Shown piece by piece: positions 13,626-25,510 of a stretch of 64,000 nt of DNA. The stretch is taken from positions 39,680,001-39,744,000 of the forward strand of contig OZ024742.1 of NCBI GenBank assembly GCA_964016885.1, written 5' to 3'. Below the pieces are notes generated by a model, which was not told the origin of the DNA, did no database searches, and saw nothing but the letters and a program-made list of their open reading frames with translations. The translations under genes were made by a program, and so were the position numbers. How positions within the stretch are numbered: the stretch's first letter is position 1; the number at the start of each line of letters is the position of its first letter. This DNA comes from Eledone cirrhosa (taxonomy: Eukaryota).

Positions 13626-16600
13626 GACAGGGGAGAGGGTGGGTAGGTGTGAAAGGTGGAGTGGGAAGGGGGTCATGTGGGGGGATGGAGTGTGTATTAG
13701 TAGAAGTGATAGTGAGATGTGTGTGTGTGTGTGAAGGGATGTGGGTGGAGCGGGGAGAGGGAGAGAAAAGGTGTGGGAAGGGTTGGGGTGGGGGGAGTGT
13801 AGTGTACTGGTGTGCGTGTGCGTGTTTGGATGAGTGTGTGTGTGGTGAAGGAAGTGTTAGTGGGTGTTAGTATACTGGTGGTGGGGAAAGGGTTGAATGC
13901 GGGTGTGTTAGTGGGGGTCAGTGGTGGTAGGGTGTGTAGAGTGGGTGGTGTAAGTGGGTGTAGGTGGGTGTGTGTGTTCGTGTGCATGGGCTCGGGGGGA
14001 TGTTAGTGGTATTAGTTGTGGGGTGGTTGGAGTGGATGTGTGGGTGAGGGTTAGTGGCGGTAGTAGGGTGTGTGGATAGTGTGAGTGCGTGTATATATGT
14101 ACAGGTGGGTATGTGCGTGATAGGGGGAGGGGTGGGGATAATAGCATTGTTAGTTGGTGGAGGGTGGTCGGGGGTGGGGTGGGGTGGTAGTATTGTTAGT
14201 TGTGGAGTGTGCCAAGGGGGTGGGCGGTGAAAAGGAAGAGTGTGTTAGTGGTGTTAGTGGGGGATATGTGTGTGTTGGGTTGGGGGGGCAGGGCGGTCGA
14301 AGGCTAAAGGAATAGGGGGGTTCAGGCCGGGGGGAGTGTGGGTCTGTAGGGTGAAGATGGTGCGTTGTTCGACCCTGAGGCGGGTAGCGGGTGTTCCATG
14401 GCATTGGAGTAGGCCACAGACTGTGAGGTCGTGCGCGGAATGTCCAGGGGAGCCAAAGTGGCGGGCGATGGGGGAACTCCCGCTGAGACGAATATCCCGG
14501 GTTGTACGGTGAAACGGTCCGCCAGGCGACGGCCAGTCTGTCCGACGTAGGTTGCGCTGCACTCCGTGCAGCGAAGTCCATAGGCTAGGTTGGAGGAGGT
14601 GCAGCGGAAGGCATGCCGGACAGAGAGAGAGTGGCCGTTGGGACCCTGGAAGGTAGTGGTGTTGGTGATGTGGGGGAAGGTGTTGCAACGAGGCCTGGAA
14701 CAGGGAAGGGAACCGGGGGGGGAGAAGAGTGTGGGTTGGGGGGGGTAGAGAGCTGCGGATGAGTATGATGCGGAGATTGCGTGCGCGTTTGAAGGAGGGG
14801 AGTGGTGGGAATGGGATTATGTGGGAGGTGGAGGGGTCGGACTGGAGGCGGAGGAAGAGGCGGAGGATAGTGCGATGGAGGGGTAGGGTGCAGTGGTGGT
14901 AGGTGATGGGGAAGTGGAAGGGGAGATGGTGGGTGGGTGTGCCGTGGCGTGGGGTGATGGAGCGGGGGATAGCACGGGCGCGAGTGAGGGCGGTGTGGAG
15001 GGGGGAGGGGGAGTAACCTCTGCGGATGAAATGGCTGACTAGGGAAAGGGCCTGGGACTCAAAGTCAGCATCTCCGCTGCAGAGGCGGCGGATCCTGAGG
15101 AGTTGGGAGTAGGGAATAGAGTGTTTAGTGTGTGTAGGGTGGGAGGAGGTGAAGTCGAGGTAGGAGTGGGAGTCGGTGGGTTTTCAGAAGGCGGAGGTGA
15201 CAAGGGAGTGGTGGGAGGGGGTGATGGCGACGGTGATGGCTAGGAAGTGGACGTGGATGTTGGAGATAGAGGTGGTGAAGTGGTGGGAGAGGTGGAAGGA
15301 GCAGAAGAAGGAGAGAAAGGAGTCGAGCTGTTCTCGGGTGAGGGTCGTGTCTCCGATACAGTCGTCAATGTAACGACCGTACAGTTCGGGCGTGTGGCCG
15401 GTATACTGGGCAAAGATTTGGGCCTAAACATGGCCAACGAAAAGGTTGGCATAGTTTGGGCCCATTCTTGTGCTCATGGCTAACCACGTAACCTGTTGGT
15501 AAAACTCACCCGAGAAGGAGAAGCAGTTGAGGGTGAGGACCAGCTCGGCGAGGCGAAAGAGGGGAGGGCGAAGGTCGAGGTTGTGCTTCAGGGCACGTAG
15601 GCCGTCGACGTGGGGGATGACAGTATAAAGCGACTTGATATCTAGAGTGAAGAGGAGGGGATGTGGGCCGGTTGGGAAAGTGAAGGAGTCGAACAGGCGA
15701 AGGGCGTGGTTGGTGTCAGAGATGTGGGAGGGGAGGGTGGTGATGAGGGTGTCGAGGATGGAGTCAAGAAAGGCGGAGATGAGTTGGGTGTGGCAGTTGC
15801 AAGCGGAGACGATAGGGCGGCCGGGGTGGTCCGGTTTGTGAAGTTTGGGGAGGAAGTAGATAGTAGGGGTGCGGGGGGTGCGGACGATGAGGTGGAAAGC
15901 GGTGGGAGGGAGGAAGGAGGAGGCGACAAGGTGTTGGATGGTGTTGTTGGTAGAGGGGTGTGGGGTCGGAGGGTAGAGGGCGGTAGAAGAAGGGGTTACG
16001 GAGCTGCCTGAGGGCTTCGGCCGTGTAGAGGTCAGCGCGCCACATCACCACGGCGCCTCCCTTGTCCGCCGGTTTGATGACGATGTCATCTCGGCTACGG
16101 AGGGAGCAGAGAGCGAGGAGTTCGCCCCGTGAGATGTTATGCCGTTTGGAACGGTGACGGAAGTCGAAGCGATTTACTGCGCTACGGCAGGCGTCGACGA
16201 ACGCGTTCAGGGTGCTAAATTGCCCTGGGGCCGGCGTCCAAGACGATGGTCGTCGGCCCAGGGCGAGAAACGGGTCTGGGGCGTTCGGAGCCGGTGGTGT
16301 TTGATAAAAATGTGCCTGTAGCTTCGTGCGTCGCACGAATCGCTCGACTTCCGTTCGGGTGCGGAATTCGTCGCTGTGCGGAGTGTGGGGTATGAAGCGA
16401 AGGTCATTGAGATGGGCGGGGGTGGTGGATGGGGTGGTAGGGAGGAATGAGTGTAGCTTAAGGGCTTTGGTGGAGGTGAGGAAGGAGAAGAGGTCGTGGT
16501 TGAGGTTTTGGATGAAGAGGAGGATGGAGTGGGCGAGGAGGGGGTGGCATGCGGAGTTAAGGCGAAGGAGGGTGGGGTCAGTTGGTTATCAAGGTTGCGG

Positions 16601-17320
16601 ATGGTGGAGCGGGAGGAGCGGAGGGAGTTGCGCATTAGGAGGCGCGAAGATCGGGTGAGGATACGTTGGGTGGAGGGGGAAGCGGTGAGGGGTGGAAGTG
16701 TAGTCAGAAGTCGAGGGGGATGAGGAGGAGGTGAAGGCAGCGGCTGAGGAAATGGATGTGGCTGGAGTGCCGGGTTTTGGCGAAGAGAAGGTAGGAGAGT
16801 TGGAGGGCCGAGGGGAGATAGCAGGGTGGGAGGAGGGGGGTGAGGAAATGTTTGAGGTGGGGTGGAGAAAGGATCTGAGGCTGGGCATGGTGGGCGTGGA
16901 GTGAAAGCAGGTGGAGGAATGAGAAGGGACGTGTGTGATGCGGGGTGGGTGTGGGAGGTGGTGGAACGAAGGAGTGAGTGCGAAAGGTAGACAGAGACAG
17001 GGAAGGGAAAATCAAACAGAAATAACGTAAGGAGAGGATAGTATACACAGGAAAATGATAGACAAAAACTCATAGACAGAAATAAACAAATACAGTAAAT
17101 AAATCAATCAAAAAGTAATGCAAAGAAAGGAAAAAACAGGTTGTGGGAAGTTGTGGGGAAAGTACAGAGAGTGGTCACGGCGAATTAGATCGGGGTTGAG
17201 CCGGTAGTCAAGGTGGTATTCCAAGGTGGCATGGAAGCCGTTGGAGCGTGTATTGTATTGTGAAAAATGGAACGGGAACAAAACAGAGAGGCAGTACAAA
17301 CAAAGGTTTATTAGTTTCAA
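13626..17320 (-). mobile_element. Decayed Penelope-like retroelement (Neptune-like), RT + C-terminal GIY-YIG
   Basis: Frameshifted fragments: RDDIVIKPADKGGAVV (15764-16336), RT YIDD at ~15360-15371(-), and GIY-YIG region with YVGQT and SPIARHF..PGHS...EQRTIFTLQTHTPPGLN (~14310-14600). Confidence 0.88.
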
Positions 17321-17332
17321 TATATATATATA

Positions 17333-17753
17333 TCATCAGGAATCTGGCTTTCCAAAAATAAATGTATTTATAGCTGAAACTAAGCTGACCAAACTCGACC
17401 TTGATGTCTCCATGAGGAGCTATAAATACAACATTTATTTTTGGAAAGCCAGATTCCTGATGATTTCTAAAGAATGAAACAGTTCTAGTCCTGTAGAATC
17501 TCATCTATATTAAAACTTTTATACTCTGCTATGTATTGAGTACTTTACTTACTGTGGTTACCTCCAATTCAACCCGGAATAACGTACCTTTTAGCACTCT
17601 CTGTGCCCCTTATAACCATCACCAAGAAACTATGCTGACAAAACTCGACCTTGATGTCTCCATGAAGAGCTATAAATGCAACATTTATTTTTGGTAAGCC
17701 AGATTCCTGATGATTTCTAAAGAATGAAACAGTTCTAGTCCTGTAGAATCTCA

Positions 17754-17756
<3 letters not shown>
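17333..17756 (+). mobile_element. Retrozyme-like element: 250-bp tandem unit with two identical type I hammerheads plus 5' inversion
   Basis: AGATTC-CTGATGA-TTTCTAAAGAAT-GAAAC-AG-TTCTAGTC-CT-GTA-GAATCT at 17451-17501 and 17701-17751. Inverted segment 17333-17375; TA flanks. Confidence 0.85.
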
Positions 17757-17806
<50 letters not shown>

Positions 17807-17855
17807 ATATGTATATATGTGTATGTACATATACACATATACCGATAGGTATATA

Positions 17856-18067
17856 TATAACAAAGGAAGTGTGGTAAGGAACCAGGTGGACCATAACGCA
17901 CCAGAGTACTCGATACTTTGGGTAGTAGAGTGGGTAATAGAAAAATGTTCAAGACCCTGACGGCAGAACTCAAGCCGTTTAGACGGCTATCTCTGGACTC
18001 GATTTCAGTCCAGAAATAGCTGTTGAAACGGCTTGAGCTCTGCCGTCGGGTCTTGAACATTTTCCTA
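17856..18067. mobile_element. Fold-back element family F1
   Basis: Same head (GGTAAGGAACCAGGTGGACCATAACGCACC) and terminal palindrome as 5731 and 22560. Confidence 0.75.
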
Positions 18068-18446
18068 TATATATATATATATATATAAGAGAGAGTGAGA
18101 GAGAAGGGGGGAGGCGAGAATGAGGAAGGTACTTAGGTACTTTTATCAGACCCTGCTTTTTCCCATGTATTCTCATGTATACAGTACTATACCCTCATTT
18201 ATGGTCTCCCCAGCTTCGGTACCACAGATTTTAGACTTACGTATATATATATATATATACGACTCAGAGTACAATACACCCCCCCCCCCCGGACAGGATA
18301 CCAGTGCATTGCAGGGTTAAACTCCCGGCTATTGCTGGTACTCATTGACAGTTGAATTTACTGGAACAACATAAAATGAAGTATTTTGCTCAAGAACACA
18401 ACACATAACCCAGTCCAGGAGTTGAACACACAACGTATATATATAT

Positions 18447-18820
18447 ATAGTAATAATAATAAATGTGAAGACTAAAATCCAAAGAGGGCTCGATAAGGAT
18501 AAATATATATCAAATATATAAGAACCGTAGAGCAAATATTTATTAAAATAACAGATTAAAGTTTAAGCAAAGAATCGCTGCTTTCACCCTTAACGGGATC
18601 TTCTGAAACTAACAAAGTCAATCTGTGAACGCAGAAGTGAATATTTCAAAAAACGTTGCAACCGGAGGAAGAGAGGAAGACGATACTTTGGTTCGTGGTG
18701 ACGTTCGCTGGCAAAGAACGGGAAAAAACGAATATAATACGTCATTATTTGGAGCGGTGAAAAACAATTACGCGCAAAGACAGAACCACGTTTATGGTAT
18801 CAAAGAGGTCGTAGACTAAT
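18447..18820 (-). mobile_element. Solo pseudo-LTR of the PLE at 38149-41871
   Basis: Diverged copy of 38149-38430 and 41500-41871; contains the HHR variant at 18560-18610(-); flanked by TA tracts. Confidence 0.85.
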
Positions 18821-18890
18821 ATATATATATATATATATATATACAAATAAATATATATATATATATACAAATAAATATATATATATATAT

Positions 18891-19222
18891 ATGAAGTAAA
18901 AATTAGAAAGAGAAGCCGGGGCTATCCATCATCAGTGATCTACTAGCCATCTTAGGTAATTCTTCGTATTAAAGATCAGATACCTCCGGCTAGCGCGAAC
19001 AATGACTAAAATAGGTTATTGGGATAAAAAGAATTGGGTGGAGAATTCTTTTTATCCCAATAACCTATTTTAGTTATTGTTCGCGCTAGCCGGAGGTATT
19101 TGATCTTTAATACGAAGAAATACCTAAGATGGTTAGTAGATCACTGATGATGGATAGCCCCGGCTTCTCTTTCTAATTTTTACTTCATATGTATCACACA
19201 ACACAGCATGCCATTTTTCATT

Positions 19223-19225
<3 letters not shown>
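18891..19225 (+). mobile_element. Fold-back element in (TA)n carrying the rearranged hammerhead motif on both arms
   Basis: Inverted arms ~18891-19035 and ~19044-19189; motif at 19054-19155(+) and 18924-19025(-). Confidence 0.8.
19054..19155 (+). ncRNA. Non-circularly permuted hammerhead-like ribozyme, copy 2
   Basis: ATCC/GGAT, CAATAAC/GTTATTG, TCG/CGA, CTAGCC/GGTTAG, AGGTAT/ATACCT, TGATCT/AGATCA. GAAA 19117-20, CTGATGA 19144-50; spacing identical to copy 1. Confidence 0.8.
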
Positions 19226-19285
<60 letters not shown>

Positions 19286-19289
<4 letters not shown>

Positions 19290-19390
19290 CGAAGGACGTG
19301 TGGTAAGGAACCAGATGGACCATAACGCCCCAGAGTACTCAATACGTCGAAACGGCTTGTGCTCTGCTGTCGGGGTTAAAAATGTTCCTA
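19286..19390. mobile_element. Short, internally deleted fold-back element family F1
   Basis: Head segment joined directly to GTCGAAACGGCTTG...GTCGGGG...TTCCTAT. Confidence 0.65.
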
Positions 19391-19543
19391 TATATATATA
19401 TATGTATATATATGTGTGTGTGTGAGTGTGTGTGTACATTTATATATTTATATATATATATACCATATATATATATTCTACACACAGCTTGCACTGCGGT
19501 ACATCTCCTTTATTAGCTGTCGACTGGGGATCTCAGCAATTAC

Positions 19544-19691
<148 letters not shown>

Positions 19692-20067
19692 AACAAATGC
19701 TCCTATGCATAGAAATTATAATTTGCATGCATTGAATATTGTATGTTTGTGTGTTTAGTCATACTTGTATGCATATTTGAATGTTAGCATAAGATCATTT
19801 GTTATTTGTCCACCCCTTCTTCTCCCCAGCTACTACACCAGTCGCAATAGAATATGACTTGGTTGTATGTATCATACTTACGGTACGTTCGGTGCCCATG
19901 AGGTTACGAACTGACATAGTCTCTCTTTTAACACTCTGGTGTCCAGGGTGTAACAGTTCTTCATCGACCACAAATGATGATTTAGACTCAGAATAGAAAG
20001 ACCAGGAATAAGTTTCAAACAACTTTACCATATCGAACATATGTGGGTGTTTCGCTAAATATATATA

Positions 20068-20380
20068 TGGCTTTGTGGTTAAGGTATTCGGCTCACAATC
20101 GTAAGTTCGTGAGTTCGATTCCCGGTATCGTGTAGTGTCCTTGAGCAAGAGACTTTATTTCACGTTGCCCCAGTCCATTCAGCTGGCAAAAGTGAATTGT
20201 TCCTGTAATTCGAAGAGCCAGCCTTGTCACGTTTAGTGTCATGCTGGATCTCCCTGAGAACTACGTTAATGGTACGCGTGTCTGTGGAATGATCAGCCAC
20301 TTGCACGTTAATTTCATGAGCAGGCTTTTCCGTTGATCGGAGCAATTGGAAGACTCGTCGTCGTAACCCACGGAGTACCT
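20068..20380 (+). mobile_element. tRNA-derived SINE family B
   Basis: A box GTGGTTAAGG, B box GAGTTCGATTCC, GTGTCCTTGAGCAAG core. Related fragments at ~1985-2090, 18300-18425(-), 50150-50390(-), 54040-54120. Confidence 0.8.
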
Positions 20381-20410
20381 GCTCCCCCCCCCCCTATATA
20401 TATATATATA

Positions 20411-20637
20411 TATTAATTCAAAATATTAACAAAATAGATATTCTTGTGATCAAGTATACTTTATTATACATATTTCAGAGGTTCTGAGTTAATAAAATAT
20501 ACTTGATCACAAGAATATCTATTTTGTTAGTATTTTGAATTAATACTAATAACTCTGGAAAACCAAATTCTGTTGAGTGCTTCCAATCTATTGTAAAGCT
20601 TATTCTTTGATTTATTCATTGAACCTTGTTTAACTTT

Positions 20638-20640
<3 letters not shown>
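20411..20640 (+). mobile_element. Fold-back insertion in (TA)n (~55-bp arms plus unique extension)
   Basis: TATTAATTCAAAATATTAACAAAATAGATATTCTTGTGATCAAGTATA is inverted at ~20497-20545. No ribozyme core recognised. Confidence 0.6.
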
Positions 20641-20706
<66 letters not shown>

Positions 20707-20747
20707 GTAGTGAGAGATTCATATATATATATATGAGTAGTGAAAGA

Positions 20748-20831
<84 letters not shown>

Positions 20832-20983
20832 AATTTAATATAAAATTATGATCAACACTAATGTGTTTTTTTTTGCAAATTGACAATAAATTAGCCAGAT
20901 AGAAATACCTTAATTCAAGTACATAAAGTCCGCCTGTATCGATCTAAAAAATAATAAATCTATACTTCCAGACGTAAAATGGC

Positions 20984-21056
<73 letters not shown>

Positions 21057-21382
21057 CATATTTATATATTTACATAAATACATACATAATTATGTACAAA
21101 ATAAGATCTATGGTATTTATCCTTCTTAAATCAATGTCTGTCTGTTTGCTCGCTTGAGCAGATTTCAACGATGCTTTTCTTTTTTCATATAGATTTAAGA
21201 CTTCACGGCTTACATCCGGTGTGTATTCTCCTTGTCACCTTGACACACCTGTAAAAAATACCTTTCTCACGGGTAGCCTTGATCAGGGCTTACATTAAAC
21301 ATCCACCACGGAAATCAAGTAAAATAAAATAGGATTAAAGATAAAAAAAACTATAAACAATTGAAATAGAATGTTTATTTTA

Positions 21383-21810
21383 CAGGGTGGACCAGAATCC
21401 CTGACTCACTTGATTATTTATAGATCTTATCAAATTAAAAAAAAAAAAAAAAAAAAAACCCGTGAGGTATATAAAGAATTAAATATATAAATTAAAAAAT
21501 CTGCTAAGCACATTAAGAAATAAAATAATTATTTATACTTTTGGTACAAGGCCAGCAATTATTCCAGTGCATTACTGGTATTTTATTTTATCGACTCCGT
21601 AAGGATGAAAGGCAAAGTTAACCTCGGCGGCATTTGAACTCAGAACGTAAAGGGCCATAACTCTGTGCTGTAAAGCATGGTGTCTGACGCTCTACCGATG
21701 CTGCCAATTCACCAAGAAATAATATAATAAATTAAAACAATACAATAACAATAAAATAAGCATGTTAGAAATATAACTAACAATCGAGTCATGAATTCTG
21801 GCCCACCCTG
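21383..21810. mobile_element. Tc1/mariner-type MITE with nested SINE A
   Basis: TIRs CAGGGTGGACCAGAATCCCTGACTC / GAGTCATGAATTCTGGCCCACCCTG with TA on both sides; SINE A(-) at ~21530-21715. Confidence 0.8.
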
Positions 21811-21964
21811 TAGTTTACTCATTCCCTTCTTTTTCTCTTTTTTCTCCCTTCTTCTTTATTATTATTGGTTTCTGATTTAGGCTCAAGGCTAACAGGGAGG
21901 GGGAGGGGTCGATTAAATCGATCCCAGCACATGGATCGAAGATACCGTGGCTCTTTTTTTTGTC

Positions 21965-22350
21965 TTTGGTACAAGGCTAGAAATTCGAAGAGAAGGCGGA
22001 AGTCAACCAAAAAGACCCAGTGTATTACTGGTACTTTATTTTATCGACTCCGTAAAGATAAAAGGCAAAGGTAACCTCGGTGGGATTTGAACTCAGATAC
22101 TGTCAATCCACCGCTCTTTATTATTATTACCTTTCTTTTATACTTATATTATTGTATACTTCTGTGGATTGGCAATATCAGTAGAGAGACGGACGCCATG
22201 CTTTACAGCACAGAGTTACGTCCCTTTACGGACTGAGTTCAAATCCCGTCGAGGTTAACTTTGCCTTTCATCCTTACGGGGCCGATACAATAAAGTACCA
22301 GTAATGCACTGGGTAATTGCTGGCCTTGTGCCAAAAATAGAAATAATTAT
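21965..22350. mobile_element. Two SINE A copies in divergent orientation
   Basis: Minus copy ~21965-22112, plus copy ~22164-22350. Confidence 0.8.
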
Positions 22351-22530
22351 TGTATACTTCTGTTCATTTGTTAAGTGTTGTTTCGCTGAAGAAATTATTT
22401 TTTACTATGTTATCAAGTTTTACTTCTTGTAAAGATAAGTCTTCAGACTGAGAATCCGTATTAACCCGTTTGCAACCATATTTTTAATGAAAGACTCTGC
22501 CTAGAACTTTGAAAATAATCAAGCATTTAG

Positions 22531-22559
<29 letters not shown>

Positions 22560-22563
<4 letters not shown>

Positions 22564-22756
22564 AACGAGTGGGACCCCGACGGCTGAGCTCAAGGCGTTT
22601 CGATGGCTAATTCTGGACTAGTCCAGAATTAGCCGTCGAAACGGCTTGAGCTCAGCCGTCGGGGTCCCACTCGTTCCTATTACCCACTCTACTACCCTAA
22701 GTATTGAGTACTTTGGTGCGTTATGGTCCACCTGGTTCCTTACCACATTTCCTTCG

Positions 22757-22760
<4 letters not shown>
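22560..22760 (+). mobile_element. Fold-back element family F1 with near-perfect 120-bp palindrome
   Basis: Palindrome 22560-22680 centred on GGACTAGTCC; contains CCGTC-GAAAC-GGCTTGAGCTCAGCC-GTC-GGGG. Confidence 0.8.
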
Positions 22761-22791
<31 letters not shown>

Positions 22792-22943
22792 CGTTGACAA
22801 ATATATCAATATGCCCAGACACGCAGATATATTGCCCTTTGTATGACAGTGTGTTTTTAGCTCAATGTAGGATAACTAGTATACTACAGAGCCGTTATAG
22901 TTATAGGAATAACCAAAGAGTGCTTAGAAATACATTGTTTTAT

Positions 22944-22993
22944 TAGCTAACAGTGTTTCATCCATACACCATGGCAGGAATCATCAGAGCCTA
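22944..22993 (-). ncRNA. Minimal type I hammerhead ribozyme
   Basis: GGCT-CTGATGA-TTCC-TGCCATGGTGTAT-GGAT-GAAAC-ACT-GTT-AGCT. Confidence 0.7.
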
Positions 22994-23272
22994 CAAACAA
23001 GATTATATCAATAGTTGCATGCTCCATCGAGCTGCGTCACTAGAACAAGGTTAAAGGACCAGCAAGGGGTCCCGAGGCCAGCGCTATATGGAAAAAGACA
23101 GAATACATGATGCACATAAAAAAAATATAAATAGATAAATAGAAAAATGAACACAAACACACACAGACACCCGGATGTGGCGCATGCGCAAACTGAGCAC
23201 GCAACCCACACACAAACAAAATGGCGTAGGATAGAATAAAGGAAGGACACAGAAACGAAGAACGAAATCCCC

Positions 23273-23317
23273 AGTCACTGAAGAGGTCACAGAGTGTGTG
23301 ACGAAAGAACTATGACT
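23273..23317 (+). ncRNA. Minimal type I hammerhead-like motif in element family F2
   Basis: AGTCA-CTGAAGA-G-GTCACA-GAGTG-TGTGAC-GAAA-GAAC-TA-TGACT. Confidence 0.65.
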
Positions 23318-23530
23318 ATATATATATAAACAACTATCTGGTTGTGGAACCAACCAACCAACCAGAAATTTATAAATTTGTAAATTTATAAATATTTAAT
23401 AAATTAAATTGAAGTGAAAGCAACTGGTGCGTGTGTTTCTTATTGGCAACATGACCCTCCCAAAGTATAACAATATCGGTTTCAACACACGATTTCAGAT
23501 AAAGAATCTTGCTAAACAAATTCAGAAACG

Positions 23531-23670
<140 letters not shown>

Positions 23671-24289
23671 TACGCCTACCAAGTTTCATTCACAAGGCAT
23701 TGGACCGAGGCTATAGTAGAATACAATAGCCCAGAGTATCGGGCAGCGGAATTAAACCCAGAATCACGTTGTTCTTGTGTGTGTATGTCAGTGTATTGGG
23801 TGTATATGTCAGTGTATTGGGTGTATATTTGTATATGTGAGTGATGTGTGTGTGTGTGTGTATTTGAAAGGTAATGGAGTGCATATGTGATTTAATTTTA
23901 TCTGTGTATATGTGAGTGAGTTAAGTGTGTATGTGCAAGTCTATTAAGTATATATGTTTACATGTGAGTGAAATTAATCTATATGTGTATATGTGGGTGA
24001 ACTGAGTGTGTACGTATGTGTGCATATGAGAGAATTCAGTATATGTGTGTTTGTTTAGTTGAGTTAGTTGTGTGCATTGTTTGTCTAGGGGGACTGTTTA
24101 TTCTATATGAATTGTTAAGCTCTCTCAATCATCCCTTCATCCGCACACACAGAAGCATGTATGTATGTATGTATGTATGTATGTATGTATGTTTGTATGT
24201 ATGTATGTATGTATGTATGTATGTATGTATGTATGTATGTATATATGTATGTACATGGGTACATATGTATGTATATGCGCGGGGACATA

Positions 24290-25365
24290 GAAATAGTCGG
24301 GCTGGACACCCGATCACCCAGTGGTTTACCACTCGGAGTGAAGGACCCCTAGCCTTTGTCACGGCATTCTTCTAGGAGAAGGCGACTCGGGAAACTGGGA
24401 TAACTCCGATATAAAACCTGCGGCTCAGTGGTTACCGATGATGTTGATCTTTTCTTCTTTTCGGGTTATAACTACTGTCGCTCAGAGAGTGGGATTGGCT
24501 CAGTGCACAGTCTTTCCTCACTTTACAAAATATATTCACGCACAGGCATTGCACGATAGAATTAATTAATAATTATTAATAATGGTATATCGTGCAATGG
24601 CCATACTCGATAACGAGGGGTCAGCCATCATGTATGTATGTAAGTATGTGTCTATGCATGCATGTATGTATGCATGTATGTATCTATGCATGTATGCATG
24701 CTTGTATGTATGTATGTATGTAAGCATGTAAGTATGTATATATGTATGTATCTATGTATGTATCTATGTATGCTTGTATGTATGTATGTATGTATGTCAG
24801 GTCACCAGTTGGTGCTACTGGTAACATGTATCCCAGTACAACCTGACTCATGGTCGGGTCGTTGGCGACTAAACTGGCAACCCCACCAAGGTTTCTTGGT
24901 GAGGAGGGTGAGTTTGGACATCCTGCAGGACTAAAAACAAAACCTGTCAAAGGGCAAAGGAGCTCTTAAGAGTCAATGGCCATCCAAAATCACCGGGAGA
25001 GATGACCCCTTAGCCTTTGTCAAGGCAGAATTCTAGGAGAAGGAAAACTCTGATATAACACCTGCAACTCTGATGGTATCCAATGATGTTGACTTGTTCT
25101 TCTTTTTGGTAAATATCATCTTGGTTAAGAGAGTGGGACTGGCTTTGTGCAGTGCCTTTGCTCACTATAAAAGCTTCACGGCACAGGCATTGCTTTATAT
25201 CTGGAGATCGCTCTGCACTTGTTGTCACATGGTACTATGGGCCCAGCACTGTGTCAATAATTGTCACAAGTGTAGTGTTTGTACCAGAGTGCATCGGTAG
25301 GGGTTCTCCTACATGGATATAAAGTGGTGGCCGTACTCGAAAACGAGTTGGCAGCCACCATGTAT
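24290..25365 (+). mobile_element. Two related non-coding fragments resembling RTE-clade 5' UTRs, separated by (TATG)n
   Basis: Shared GACCCCTAGCCTTTGTCA.GGCA....CTAGGAGAAGG...AACTC.GATATAA.ACCTGC at ~24343 and ~25003. The CTAGGAGAAGGAAAACTCTG motif is recalled from RTE 5' UTRs. Confidence 0.5.
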
Positions 25366-25417
25366 GTATGCTTGTATGCATGTATAATAGCTGCATTACT
25401 GGTATAGCTTCACAGCG

Positions 25418-25510
<93 letters not shown>

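Noticed and set aside
13649-17073. Pro/His/Thr-rich and Gly/Val-rich ORFs as host genes
   Set aside because: Alternative frames and antisense of the C-rich decayed PLE and its low-complexity UTR.
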